DNA from: a virus
Lineage: Duplodnaviria > Caudoviricetes
Direction: 5' to 3' (one strand)
DNA length: 64,000 nt
Virus record (IMG/VR): IMGVR_UViG_3300043432_000485
Coordinates: 1-64,000 of that record
Of the stretch, positions 35,872 through 45,238 are shown one piece after another. Numbering within the stretch: position 1 is the first letter of the stretch; every line of letters begins with the position of its first letter. A program made the translations under genes and the position numbers. A model generated the notes under the pieces. It was not told where the DNA came from, did not search any database, and saw only the letters and a list, made by a program, of their open reading frames with translations.

Positions 35872-38070
35872 TTACTGGCAGGCCTTGGCCCAGCCGATGC
35901 CCTTGTCCCAGACGTTGATGGTGCCGGCGCTGCAGCCGAACTTGATTTCACCGGTGTCACTGCCGCGTTTGCACGCGAGGATTTGGCTGCAGTTGCAGCC
36001 GCCCTTCTGCAGCACTGAGTCACCAACGCTGTTTGGCTTGAGGGACTGAGTTGGAACAGGGCCGGACAGGTTGGTACCCGGGCAGAGGTCCACGTCGTCA
36101 CTCACTCCATCCAGGTCGCTGTCGCTGATGTAGAAGAGCGCCGTATTCTTGAGACCGTTTACGATGAGGGATGTTCCGGCTCCGGTGGAGCGGCACATCG
36201 TGTCTGGGGTGCGCCAAACGATGCAGGCTCCTGGGGCGGGGAGATCCGCCTTCTTGACCTTGACCGCTGTATTGGGGCAAGCACCTTGTGAGTCGATGGT
36301 TGCACCCGGGACGTCGTTGATGCAGAAGTCGCGGTTTGCGTACGGGATCGTGACCGACTTGGTGACACCCGGTGGCAGGGTTGCATTGATAGCGATCGCT
36401 GGCTTGGTGCTGCCCCCGTTACCATCGGACGCGGTCACGGTGATGACCTGAGAACCACCCACGGGTCCGGTACCAGGCGGGAACGTCACTCCGAAGTTTG
36501 AGCCGCCGGGCGTACTGATCGTGGCGGTGGTGGAGCCATCGGGGTTCGGAGTGGTGGTGGAGTTGCCGCCTGAGGTCTGGATGGGGATGCCCTGCACCAG
36601 TGAGCCGTAGCTCAGGACGCGATTGAGAGCATTGTCGACCACGAACAACCGTCCGTAGGTGGCATCCCATGTAACGCTGTTGGGGAACAACATTGATGCG
36701 GCACTTGCCGGCTGGTCCAGCCAGGTGAAGGTGCCGTCCTGGGTGTTTTGACTCACGTGACCACAACCCAGAATCTGATGAACAGGATCTGATCCTGGAT
36801 CAACGGCGCCACCGGTCAAACTCGGGTATCCGAGCACATTGGACGGCGGGAGCCCATTCTGGGTCTTGGTTTGTGCATCTCCGGAGATGTCATAGGAGAC
36901 GACTCGGCAGTTGTAGAAGTCCGCAACGAACAGCCGGCGACCAGCATTGTCCACCGCAGCGGCGGCTGGGGAGTTCAAGTATGGGCCACCACCGTACGTG
37001 ACGGGCAGGGCGTCATAGTTGGGCTGTCCAATGACCCAAGTGGAGGGTGCACCGTTCGCAACCACGGAGGACAGGTTCGCACCCGCCGAGTAACGCCATG
37101 CGCGTACGCCATTTTGGGTCGGAACGTAAAGCGCACCTTCCGTGGGATCCCACGCCGGTTTGCCCGGGAAGTTGATGCCGCACGCGTTGGGGGTGTGCGT
37201 GCCGACTGGGCCTGAACACGGGGCGTCGACTCCGCCTTCAGACACGAGACTCTGTTGTCCGAGGACTTTCACCGCTGCCATGTTGTTCGAAATGCCCGAA
37301 GACAAGTCGAAGAACATCACGCGATTGCCCTCAGCATCGGACACGATGAGGGTCTTGGAGTTCGCCTCGAATGCGAGCCCGAAGGGGGCTAGCGAACAAG
37401 CATTGATGCCAGAGGTGGCAGATCCACTGCAGAAGCGGTTCGGCTCCGTGGTGGTGAAGTCCGACTGACCCAACACGAACACCGAGGTCTCACCGTTGGT
37501 GTTCGTGTCCCCGATGTTGAAAAACAACACGCGGTGCTGCCAGTAGTCACTGACAGCCAGGTACTTCGCAGTACCGAGCTTGATCACCACTACACTGGTT
37601 GGGGAGTACAGGTTGCAAGCGTTAGCCGGACCGGGCCACGGCACATTCGGATCCGTGCTGTTGACGCAACCAACCGCTGGGTTCTGGAAGTTGCGTTCCA
37701 CGCTGGTATACGTGCCTTGGCCGAGCACGAACAGGGTGGGGGCATTGGTTGAGCCGTTGCGGACATCCTTGGCTAGGACCCGCTGGCCCCAGGACTCCAC
37801 GATGTACAGGATGCCGGTCTCAGGGTCGAAGTCCGCATCATTGGGGGCCGTCACCGTCTGGTCACTCGATGGCTGAAGCACCTCGAATGCCTCGATGTCA
37901 GTCAGGGGAACCCCTACCTGTTTCACCGGATGGTTGAGGTCCGGCTGGCCAATGACCCCACCTGCAGGCATCCCGTTGCTCAGAATGAGCTGGGCGGTTG
38001 CACCTGCTGCGATGGCCAACATTGCGCACGTGAACGCAATTGTTGCCGTTTTTGTGAATGGCTTCTTCAT
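35872..38070 (-). CDS. Secreted NHL-repeat beta-propeller protein with TSP3-like motif
   Basis: Signal peptide; repeated VLGQ..F, LAVSDY..HRVLFF, VADFYNCRV; DSDLDGVSDDVDLCP. Confidence 0.8.
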   Translation of the reverse strand: MKKPFTKTATIAFTCAMLAIAAGATAQLILSNGMPAGGVIGQPDLNHPVKQVGVPLTDIEAFEVLQPSSDQTVTAPNDADFDPETGILYIVESWGQRVLAKDVRNGSTNAPTLFVLGQGTYTSVERNFQNPAVGCVNSTDPNVPWPGPANACNLYSPTSVVVIKLGTAKYLAVSDYWQHRVLFFNIGDTNTNGETSVFVLGQSDFTTTEPNRFCSGSATSGINACSLAPFGLAFEANSKTLIVSDAEGNRVMFFDLSSGISNNMAAVKVLGQQSLVSEGGVDAPCSGPVGTHTPNACGINFPGKPAWDPTEGALYVPTQNGVRAWRYSAGANLSSVVANGAPSTWVIGQPNYDALPVTYGGGPYLNSPAAAAVDNAGRRLFVADFYNCRVVSYDISGDAQTKTQNGLPPSNVLGYPSLTGGAVDPGSDPVHQILGCGHVSQNTQDGTFTWLDQPASAASMLFPNSVTWDATYGRLFVVDNALNRVLSYGSLVQGIPIQTSGGNSTTTPNPDGSTTATISTPGGSNFGVTFPPGTGPVGGSQVITVTASDGNGGSTKPAIAINATLPPGVTKSVTIPYANRDFCINDVPGATIDSQGACPNTAVKVKKADLPAPGACIVWRTPDTMCRSTGAGTSLIVNGLKNTALFYISDSDLDGVSDDVDLCPGTNLSGPVPTQSLKPNSVGDSVLQKGGCNCSQILACKRGSDTGEIKFGCSAGTINVWDKGIGWAKACQ

Positions 38071-38214
38071 ATGGATTTGCGGCTTCACCCGATGGGTACG
38101 GCAGCCGTTCCGGTGAATGGTTACGAGCATCTAACTACCTGGCCGTTTGGGTTTGGTCAATGGCCTATTCGGCTATTTTGACCCGCCCTGGGGTTTTTCG
38201 GTGTAATGGTGTTC

Positions 38215-38841
38215 ATGCTGATCGATGTGTCGAGAAGACCCGTGCGCCTGATCTTTGAGGAGTGCCCAACCATCATTGTGGTGCGCTCCATGCGAGTTAC
38301 AGGACAGGCTGACGGGCTGCTTCACCAGGACATCTCGTCCATGAACGTGTCTCGTTCTCCAGCGCGAACCAACACACTGGCTCCAAAGGTAGCGTTGCAC
38401 CAGAAGGGGTACGAGTACATCGAGACCATTCTCCCCGGTTCAGAGCAACCCCAGGAGCTTGGCTATCTCGAAAGTGAGGTAGCCCGTACCAGAGAAGCAA
38501 TCAGAAGGGGAGAGGTTAGGATCGCTCCCCCGCGCCCGCGGGTAGCACTGAGCAACGAGCCCTACTATGTGATCTCCGGGCATCAGGATCAGTTCGCAAA
38601 GCAGCTTGGGGTATGGAGGATCAACTTCGTCTCTGGGGCCGGCCCTAAGAGTCAGCGACTGTTGACCCTGTTGGACGAAACGCACGGCACGGTACTGTTC
38701 ACATGCCAGGTCCCTCCGGTATCCACCACAGATGGGATCTTCAAGATCAACACTCCACTGGAGCGCTACATTCGCCGCCCAGATGCAGCCCCTGGGTTGT
38801 GGAAGATGCTGCGGGAAGAGGGCGACGATGAAGTCGACTGA
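38215..38841 (+). CDS. Hypothetical protein
   Basis: GGTGTA motif 11 nt before ATG 38215. Confidence 0.65.
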   Translation: MLIDVSRRPVRLIFEECPTIIVVRSMRVTGQADGLLHQDISSMNVSRSPARTNTLAPKVALHQKGYEYIETILPGSEQPQELGYLESEVARTREAIRRGEVRIAPPRPRVALSNEPYYVISGHQDQFAKQLGVWRINFVSGAGPKSQRLLTLLDETHGTVLFTCQVPPVSTTDGIFKINTPLERYIRRPDAAPGLWKMLREEGDDEVD

Positions 38842-39640
38842 CTATAACTGCCGCTGGTATGGAGGTGCCTACGGTAGCTTCAACTATGAGTCCGAATATT
38901 TCACACGTTGGGGAGCCCGTTGGGACTACTCGGCTGTGATCCGTGATTCTGAGGGGCCTAGGGATAGTGCCACCACTGTCATGGGTAGGCTGGACATTGA
39001 CGGGTTCCGTAGCCAGAAGACTAGGCGCTATCGTCCCACTGAATGGTCGGTGAGCTTGGAGTTAGGACACCACAAGCAAGGGGTGGCCACCGGGAAGTGT
39101 CGCTCTCTCCTGCAAGCCATGCGAGATGCCGATGCAGCTCTAACTCAAGACGTGGTAAGCCAGTTCTTGTCCGAGGTGTACTGTCTATCCCCTTTGACCG
39201 AAAGCGTGTATAGGTACGTCCATAAGACCCCTAGCTTGTTTGAACACCTAAGAGCTGGGAGCCCGGCTGAGCTGAAGCGCATCCAACTGCTGAACCCGCG
39301 TAACTGGATTCCTTGGATGTCAGATCTGGGGATTCGAGGGGAATCCAGTTGGGCACTAGGGGGCACGTCCAGCGCGCCCAACACAGGCACCTTCCTAACT
39401 GTCAGCTCTCAGGATGGGAAGCTCCGCGGTAGCATCACCATCCGTGAGAACTGGTCCACCACCTGGCAGTCAGATGAAGGAGTGCAGGAGCTTGCTAGAC
39501 GCCTCGGTTCCTGGACTCACGGATCTGAGTCGAACTCAGATCTTGATAGGGAGACGGGGGCATCGACGAGAACATGTACCGATACTCTTTCGGCACGCCC
39601 TGCAAGATCTCTTCTACATTGTCTTCTCCCCGGGGGTTGA
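38828..39640 (+). CDS. Hypothetical protein (3' end overlaps opposite gene by about 146 nt)
   Basis: GAGG SD; open frame. Confidence 0.55.
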   Translation: MKSTDYNCRWYGGAYGSFNYESEYFTRWGARWDYSAVIRDSEGPRDSATTVMGRLDIDGFRSQKTRRYRPTEWSVSLELGHHKQGVATGKCRSLLQAMRDADAALTQDVVSQFLSEVYCLSPLTESVYRYVHKTPSLFEHLRAGSPAELKRIQLLNPRNWIPWMSDLGIRGESSWALGGTSSAPNTGTFLTVSSQDGKLRGSITIRENWSTTWQSDEGVQELARRLGSWTHGSESNSDLDRETGASTRTCTDTLSARPARSLLHCLLPGG

Positions 39641-40190
39641 CCAAGAAGCCAACGTAGAGGTTCGACATCTCTTCCAGCATGGGTTGGATCTCGTGACCCC
39701 ACTTCGGGTCCAACAACGTCCGCAGAGAGTCTGTGCCCATGATGATGGTGCACCCCGGAAAGAGTCTGGCTTTCTCCAGGTAGGTGGCTCCTTGATCCAG
39801 GAACAACACATCGCGCTTCCCATGCAACCAATGCAGGCGGTCCAGCATGTCCGACAAAGACAACGGGGGCTTGTGCGGGGCATTGGTTGTGATCTGGAAG
39901 ACTGTGTATTCGTCCCCACAGTGAAAATGACCGTCATGTGCCGGATTGAAAGAGCCCGGGTACAAGACGGGGCTCTTGTCAGTCAGCTCCGCTAGCCTCC
40001 TGCCATCACGGGTGAAGAAAGGTCGGGCCAAGAGGGCCTTGCGGGCGTCGTCCGAGGCATCTACGATCTTGGAATAGCAGTAGCCTGGCAGCTCGGTCTC
40101 GACTCCCGCGGCATGAAGGATCATCATCAACCCGTCGGCGTCGGCGCAGTTACCGTCCCCAACTCTGGCGTCAACCCCTGCCTTGTCCAA
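39495..40190 (-). CDS. NMN/NaMN adenylyltransferase-like (NadD-type) protein, apparently 5'-truncated
   Basis: YPGSFNPAHDGH (HxGH), TYLEKARLFP..IIMGTD, LSSTQIR. Confidence 0.75.
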   Translation of the reverse strand: MDKAGVDARVGDGNCADADGLMMILHAAGVETELPGYCYSKIVDASDDARKALLARPFFTRDGRRLAELTDKSPVLYPGSFNPAHDGHFHCGDEYTVFQITTNAPHKPPLSLSDMLDRLHWLHGKRDVLFLDQGATYLEKARLFPGCTIIMGTDSLRTLLDPKWGHEIQPMLEEMSNLYVGFLVNPRGEDNVEEILQGVPKEYRYMFSSMPPSPYQDLSSTQIRESRNRGV

Positions 40191-40345
40191 GGTCGTCTCT
40201 GATCTTCTGCGTGCTCTTTCTCGCTGAAGAACTTCATGAACACGTAGGTGACATCACGCCTTTCGCTAGGTCTGGCTTGTGACTTACGTTGTTCTTTTCG
40301 ACGACGTGCGGCTCTTTTGGCTCGCTTTTTTATGGTATTGGACAC
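40127..40345 (-). pseudogene. Probable truncated gene fragment at a deletion junction
   Basis: Strong AGGAGG SD, basic N-terminus and FMKFFSEKEHA, then runs out of frame into the NMNAT-like sequence. Confidence 0.45.
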
Positions 40346-40357
40346 TCCTGTCCCTCC

Positions 40358-41110
40358 TCACAGTTCGAAGTTGATTCCACGCCGGGTAGCGCGATCGTAA
40401 GCCTCTTTGTTGAAGCGGTAGAGACGTGCAGCACCACCGGTGCGCCGCTCCTTGACGGTCCCAGTTTCCTCTAAGAAGCCGGCCTTCTTGTTCAAGACAC
40501 GCAGTTTTTTGCGGAAGTTGCTGGGTTCTGGGTAAGGCTTATCAGGGGTCGCCTTACCCAGAATTGCCTGGTAGACCTTGCGGAGCTGTTCCAGCGTGAA
40601 TGTCTCGGGGAGCAGATTGAACCCCACCGGGGCGTAGCGGATCTTGGCCTGCAAGCGCTGCACCGCAGTCCGAAGAATCAGGGCGTGATCGAACGCCACC
40701 GAATCTTTCCCAAAAGACAGCGCCTCCCAAACGTCCACCCACTCGGCGCGGCTCGCGTCGGAACCGGCTTCAGGCTTGTGGTCTTGAGTGCGGACTAACG
40801 CATAGTGCGCCACCGAGAAAACGCGGCCCCGAGGGTCGCGCTCGGGAGCATCAAACGTCCCGAGCTGTTCGAGGTAAGCAACCTCGATGCCCGTCTCCTC
40901 TTGCATCTCGCGGCGCGCTGCTTCGTAAGAGGTCTCGCCCTTGAGGAACTCTATGAAGCCACCGGGGAGCGCCCACTTTCCCTTGAAGGGGTCTTCTGCA
41001 CGCTTGATCAGCACCACCTCCAAGCGCCAATCCGGGGTGAGCCCGAACAGGACACAGTCTACGGTGATGTCCGCTTTGGGGTAGTCGTAGGTGTATTTGG
41101 ATTTGGGCAT
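40358..41110 (-). CDS. nrtR: NrtR-family Nudix-wHTH regulator/ADP-ribose pyrophosphatase
   Basis: WALPGGF, Nudix box GETSYEAARREMQEETG, RDPRGR, AFDH, FTL..L...Y, NFRKK. Confidence 0.9.
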   Translation of the reverse strand: MPKSKYTYDYPKADITVDCVLFGLTPDWRLEVVLIKRAEDPFKGKWALPGGFIEFLKGETSYEAARREMQEETGIEVAYLEQLGTFDAPERDPRGRVFSVAHYALVRTQDHKPEAGSDASRAEWVDVWEALSFGKDSVAFDHALILRTAVQRLQAKIRYAPVGFNLLPETFTLEQLRKVYQAILGKATPDKPYPEPSNFRKKLRVLNKKAGFLEETGTVKERRTGGAARLYRFNKEAYDRATRRGINFEL

Positions 41111-41123
41111 CGGTTCTTTCAAT

Positions 41124-41181
41124 GTGGTATCTCTTACCACGTTCGATGAGTGGATTATGGTATCTGGTACCACGTTGTCAA
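41124..41181 (-). promoter_or_regulatory. Sigma70-type promoter with two NrtR-box-like palindromes
   Basis: TTGACA (41176-41181), 16 nt, CATAAT (41154-41159); palindromes GTGGTA-N5-TACCA[C/T] at 41124-41140 and 41157-41173. Confidence 0.8.
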
Positions 41182-41271
41182 CGCGTTTTCTCAACTATCT
41201 TGTAAACGGTTGAAATGTGGCCCATTGCGGGTACTATTGCATATCGGTGTACTAGATGCTACACCGGCCAC

Positions 41272-42189
41272 ATGGGTTGTTTTGACTACAGCTGTGCCAT
41301 CTCTGGGCTGTCCATTGGATCCCAGGATCCCGTGCGCTTCCTGCTACTTACTCAGAACCCTGTCACCGATGAGAAGGGACATCGAGGGTGGAACCCTAAC
41401 TCCTGGTGGGTGCCTCGCTGCTTTCCCGTGCGCGCTCTTTACAGCCACTACGGCACCGTCGAGAACATCGAGCAGGGCGTAGGGTTTGACATCATGTTGG
41501 AGGGGCTCCGCCGGGACATCGTGACCCGGGAAGTCGGGGAGAACGAGTACCATGACGTCCCGGTTTGGCCCGACATGCCGTGGGACAAATTGATGGAGGC
41601 CCTTTGGGAAGAACGGGTCCTGGTCAAGATCGAACCTGCGATTGCGGTCCTCGCGACGATCAAGACCCCGCTTGTCGACTATGCGATGATCAGAGAAGAC
41701 GTGTGGCAGCGCTTGCTCCGCGTTCCCATCATCAACACGTTCACGGACAACACCCTGAGGATCAAGCACTTCCGGAAGGAGATCCGGAAGCTGTACTCAG
41801 AAGCCTTGGCTCACCGAGACGATAGTGTGAGGATCAAGGAGATCATGGACAAGGCGGGACAGCCAGATTTCGATTTCGATCAGGCGTGGGAGGATTTCCA
41901 CCACCCGCTCGCGTCTCTTGGTCTTCAGGTTCAGTTCGTCCCCGGAGTTGAGACTCATTGGCGGCTGCTGGTATCTCGCGGGCTGCCGATCGAGCAGGTT
42001 GAGGGCATCTTGGATTCGATCGCCGAACTCGGCTACTTGACCTGCATGCTGGCCAACCTCGGGCACCAGTGGAGGCCCTCCACCACGTACGGGATGCAAC
42101 ACGGGGACTTCCGTTTTCACACGCAATTCCTGCAGGCACTCGCGCAAGTTGGGAACAAACTTGCCAAGGAGCAAGAACAAAACGATTGA
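41272..42189 (+). CDS. Conserved phage hypothetical protein
   Basis: MGCFDYSCAISGLSI start pattern. Confidence 0.7.
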   Translation: MGCFDYSCAISGLSIGSQDPVRFLLLTQNPVTDEKGHRGWNPNSWWVPRCFPVRALYSHYGTVENIEQGVGFDIMLEGLRRDIVTREVGENEYHDVPVWPDMPWDKLMEALWEERVLVKIEPAIAVLATIKTPLVDYAMIREDVWQRLLRVPIINTFTDNTLRIKHFRKEIRKLYSEALAHRDDSVRIKEIMDKAGQPDFDFDQAWEDFHHPLASLGLQVQFVPGVETHWRLLVSRGLPIEQVEGILDSIAELGYLTCMLANLGHQWRPSTTYGMQHGDFRFHTQFLQALAQVGNKLAKEQEQND

Positions 42190-42231
42190 CCCCCTCCCGA
42201 TCTTAGGTACCATTCATCCAGGAGACAACTC

Positions 42232-42657
42232 ATGCCCGACCAACGCCACGTTCTGCAAACCCTTCTGGAAGATTACGGCCTGCCGACCCGGAGCTACTCG
42301 GGGCGCGGCATGTACGGCAAACCCTGTCTTGGGGTGGAAGCCGGTGACCGGGATCTCCTGAAGGCGGTTTTTGAGATCGGCTTCGAGCTGGGGGAACGCA
42401 CCGGCGAAGATGAAGCGGAGAACAAAGACCGCGACCCGAACTACGCGCTCAAGCAGGAACGTGAGGCCATCACCAAGGCCCTGTCCAGCATGCGCCAAGA
42501 GTCTCTCGGGCTCGGGGTGATCACGTACTTCCCGGGGGTTCCTTTCGTGGAGAATGCGTCGGAGCAAGACTTCGACGGGTGTTCTAACTGTGACCTGCCA
42601 CTCTCCGAATGTGAGTGTTCCAGCTTCAGCATCCGGCTCTGTCGGCGATCGCGTTAG
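42232..42657 (+). CDS. Hypothetical phage protein
   Basis: AGGAG SD; RSYSGRGMYG..CLG..D/ESLG...I.YFP pattern. Confidence 0.7.
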   Translation: MPDQRHVLQTLLEDYGLPTRSYSGRGMYGKPCLGVEAGDRDLLKAVFEIGFELGERTGEDEAENKDRDPNYALKQEREAITKALSSMRQESLGLGVITYFPGVPFVENASEQDFDGCSNCDLPLSECECSSFSIRLCRRSR

Positions 42658-42836
42658 GCATCAGCCTTGTGACGTAGGGACTCGACCCAGAGCTTCTGGT
42701 GCTCTGTCAAGTCCTTCCCATCTCTCAGCTCGGTGGAAAACCCTTCGAACGCAGTCCGCTCCCCCGGCGACAGATTCTTGGAGGCCAACAGCTTCCCGAT
42801 CAGGATCTTGTAGGAGGGCTTCTTCGGTTTGGGCAT
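42654..42836 (-). CDS. Small hypothetical protein
   Basis: GGTGTA motif 11 nt before ATG 42836. Confidence 0.6.
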   Translation of the reverse strand: MPKPKKPSYKILIGKLLASKNLSPGERTAFEGFSTELRDGKDLTEHQKLWVESLRHKADA

Positions 42837-42923
42837 CCTGATACATACACCAGTGAAATCGGTCACTTGCCGGTGTAACAGTGACGAAATGTTTCGGCTA
42901 TGAATCTGCGCACCCCATAAGTA

Positions 42924-42952
42924 TTGACAGATGCCCCACTCCGGTGTATTCA
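42924..42952 (+). promoter_or_regulatory. Promoter: TTGACA-17-TATTCA with GGTG directly before the -10
   Basis: Canonical -35 at 17 nt spacing anchors the recurrent GGTG-TAnnnn motif as a -10 element. Confidence 0.65.
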
Positions 42953-42992
42953 CAGAGAGCCAGCCTGCAGTCACTAGCAGCAGAGGAACTAC

Positions 42993-43223
42993 ATGATCAT
43001 CGATCACCCAACGATCCGACACGATACGCGTTTTGGCAGTGAATCGGCCAAGATGGTGCAGTGCGACTTTTGCCCCACCACGGCCCCCGTCGGGTTCGAC
43101 ATGCATGAAGCGGTGGACAAGGCGCGCTCGGCCGGGTTCATCACGATCCGCGGGCGGACCGCGATCTCTCCGCGCAAGTGGAGTTGCCCGAAGTGCACCG
43201 TCAGGCGTAACACCGCCTCGTAG
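42993..43223 (+). CDS. Small zinc-binding protein
   Basis: GAGGA SD; CDFC and CPKC. Confidence 0.65.
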   Translation: MIIDHPTIRHDTRFGSESAKMVQCDFCPTTAPVGFDMHEAVDKARSAGFITIRGRTAISPRKWSCPKCTVRRNTAS

Positions 43224-43240
43224 CTGGTGTAGATGGGAGC

Positions 43241-43444
43241 ATGTGGCAATTCATGTTCCCATCTAAAGCTCCCCTGGTGGAGGCTGTGGGGCGTCAGTAT
43301 CGACGCAAGCAGGACACCATGACCTAGGAGCTGGTGGCTATCGACACGACGGCTGACACGGTCAAGCTTCGCGGCCCCGGCTACGGCAAGGGCCACATGA
43401 CGATCAGCCGCACCGAGTTTCAAAAGGATTGGGTAGCAGCATGA
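43241..43444 (+). CDS. Small hypothetical protein interrupted by in-frame TAG (43325-43327)
   Basis: GGTGTA motif upstream; MWQF...DTMT*ELVAID...DWVAA then TGA overlapping coaD ATG. Confidence 0.65.
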
Positions 43445-43977
43445 CCACAGCAGTTTACGCGGGAAGCTTCGACCCTGTTACATTGGGGCATCTGGACTTG
43501 ATCCTCAAGGCCAGCAAGTCGTTTCAAGAGGTCATCGTAGGAGTAGGTGCCAACTCCCAGAAGAAGCAGCCCTTGTTCGATCAAGACGAGCGAATCAAGC
43601 TGGTCCGAGGGGCCTTATCAGAGATTAGTGCCACGAAGTCAGGGCTCCTGAGCAACAGCACTCGGGACCGCATCTATGTGATGCCATTTAATGGCTTGCT
43701 GGTGGACTTCTGCCTAGCACAATCGGCAACCGTGATCGTGCGCGGGCTGCGCGCCGTAAGTGACTTCGAGGTCGAGATGGCTATTGCACATGCCAACAGC
43801 AGCATGTGCCAGCACATCGATACCGTGTTCTTCCCCACCAAGCCCGAGCACTCTTTCGTGTCCAGCTCCACCGTCAAAGAGATCGCCTTCCATCCCAGCA
43901 CCACCGGATGGGCCAGCCTTCACCAATACGTGACCTCCAATGTGTTGGAAGCTCTTCGAGAGAAGAAGTTCAAATGA
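43441..43977 (+). CDS. coaD: Phosphopantetheine adenylyltransferase
   Basis: YAGSFDPVTLGHLDLI, RGLRAVSDFE.E, FVSSSTVKEIA. Confidence 0.92.
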   Translation: MTTAVYAGSFDPVTLGHLDLILKASKSFQEVIVGVGANSQKKQPLFDQDERIKLVRGALSEISATKSGLLSNSTRDRIYVMPFNGLLVDFCLAQSATVIVRGLRAVSDFEVEMAIAHANSSMCQHIDTVFFPTKPEHSFVSSSTVKEIAFHPSTTGWASLHQYVTSNVLEALREKKFK

Positions 43978-44216
43978 GCCCCCTACTTGGGCTCTACTGC
44001 ATCGGCGCCATCGTGGCTGGGATCATTGAGGGTCACTATCAGTACGGGCGATTCAAGAATCGAGCCCAGCTGGGATTGAGTACCTCCGAAGCGGTCCAAG
44101 AAGCCGCATTCTACGTGCTGGGGACTGCCATCTCTTGGCCGCCCGTCGCTGCATTCTGGTTGCTCATGGTGCTGATCTTCAAATTGTGGGATCTCTACGT
44201 CGCATGGAAACGTTGA
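43974..44216 (+). CDS. Small membrane protein
   Basis: ATGA coupling; two hydrophobic segments. Confidence 0.6.
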   Translation: MSPLLGLYCIGAIVAGIIEGHYQYGRFKNRAQLGLSTSEAVQEAAFYVLGTAISWPPVAAFWLLMVLIFKLWDLYVAWKR

Positions 44217-44234
44217 GTCGGTGTAGTCTAGGGT

Positions 44235-44747
44235 ATGCGAAAACCCATTGTCTATACTGCCGGTCCGCTCGGGTTCTCTGAGGTTGGCCGCGCTTTCCAC
44301 AACGGCACGTTCGTACCCATGCTTGAGCGGCTCGGCTTCGAGGTGCTGGATCCTTGGAAACTGACCCCTGATGAGTTGGTGCGCCCCGTGCTGGACATGC
44401 CGTACGGGCAAGCCAAGAAGAGCACCCTTGAGACCCTCAACATCGTGATCGGGCGGAACAACCGCAATGCGATCCAAGCCTGTGACCTGGTGGTCGCCGT
44501 GCTGGATGGAACCGACGTTGACAGTGGGACCGCGGCAGAGGTCGGCTACGCGGCCGGGCTCAACAAGCCGATCGAGGGCTATCGGGGAGATTTCCGCCGG
44601 GCATCAGACAACGACGGCAGTGTGGTGAACCTGCAGGTCGAGTTCTTCATGATGCATCATTCGTACCATGGTCGGATTGCAACCAACATGAGTGAGCTGG
44701 AAGCCAACCTTCTCGGGTACTTGAGAATGTTCTCGGCTCTGAGGTGA
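44235..44747 (+). CDS. Nucleoside 2-deoxyribosyltransferase-family protein
   Basis: VYTAGPLGF, DGTDVDSGTAAEVGYA, YRGDFR, NLQV. Confidence 0.88.
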   Translation: MRKPIVYTAGPLGFSEVGRAFHNGTFVPMLERLGFEVLDPWKLTPDELVRPVLDMPYGQAKKSTLETLNIVIGRNNRNAIQACDLVVAVLDGTDVDSGTAAEVGYAAGLNKPIEGYRGDFRRASDNDGSVVNLQVEFFMMHHSYHGRIATNMSELEANLLGYLRMFSALR

Positions 44748-44759
44748 TGAGTCTACTGG

Positions 44760-45218
44760 CTAGCTGTGGTCACGATTGTTCCGCCCACAAAAAGTTGGAG
44801 ATTGGGAGTCGCAGTTGGGGCACACGAAACGGAGATTGTCAATCCGATCATCATTGCGTTCACCGTTAATGTGGTCTAAACGCAGGACAAGAGGTTTCCC
44901 TCTCCACTCTGGTCCCATGCCACATTCTGCGCAATTGTAGGGAATCAGACTATGAGTCAGGATCACGCGTTTCAGAGTCTTACGGGCATAGGATCCGTTG
45001 GGAACAAGAGCCGACTCCGGAGTAGCCAGTGGACGTCGAGTCACCGCTTTCCAGTGTTCTGTACTCAACCCTAGCTTCTGTACCGTGTTTCTTACTAGCG
45101 CATAGCTCGTGCCAACTCTGGCTATCCCCAGATATTGGATGGCTCTCAGAGTGGATGTGGTACGAGAGACCGCTTCTATGATTTCTTGTTCAGTAGGTGT
45201 ACGAGATTTTTTACCCAT
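44760..45218 (-). CDS. HNH endonuclease
   Basis: CAECG..LRLDHING..DNLRFVCPNCDSQ. Confidence 0.88.
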   Translation of the reverse strand: MGKKSRTPTEQEIIEAVSRTTSTLRAIQYLGIARVGTSYALVRNTVQKLGLSTEHWKAVTRRPLATPESALVPNGSYARKTLKRVILTHSLIPYNCAECGMGPEWRGKPLVLRLDHINGERNDDRIDNLRFVCPNCDSQSPTFCGRNNRDHS

Positions 45219-45238
45219 ATGTAGGTTAGGACTTAGAA

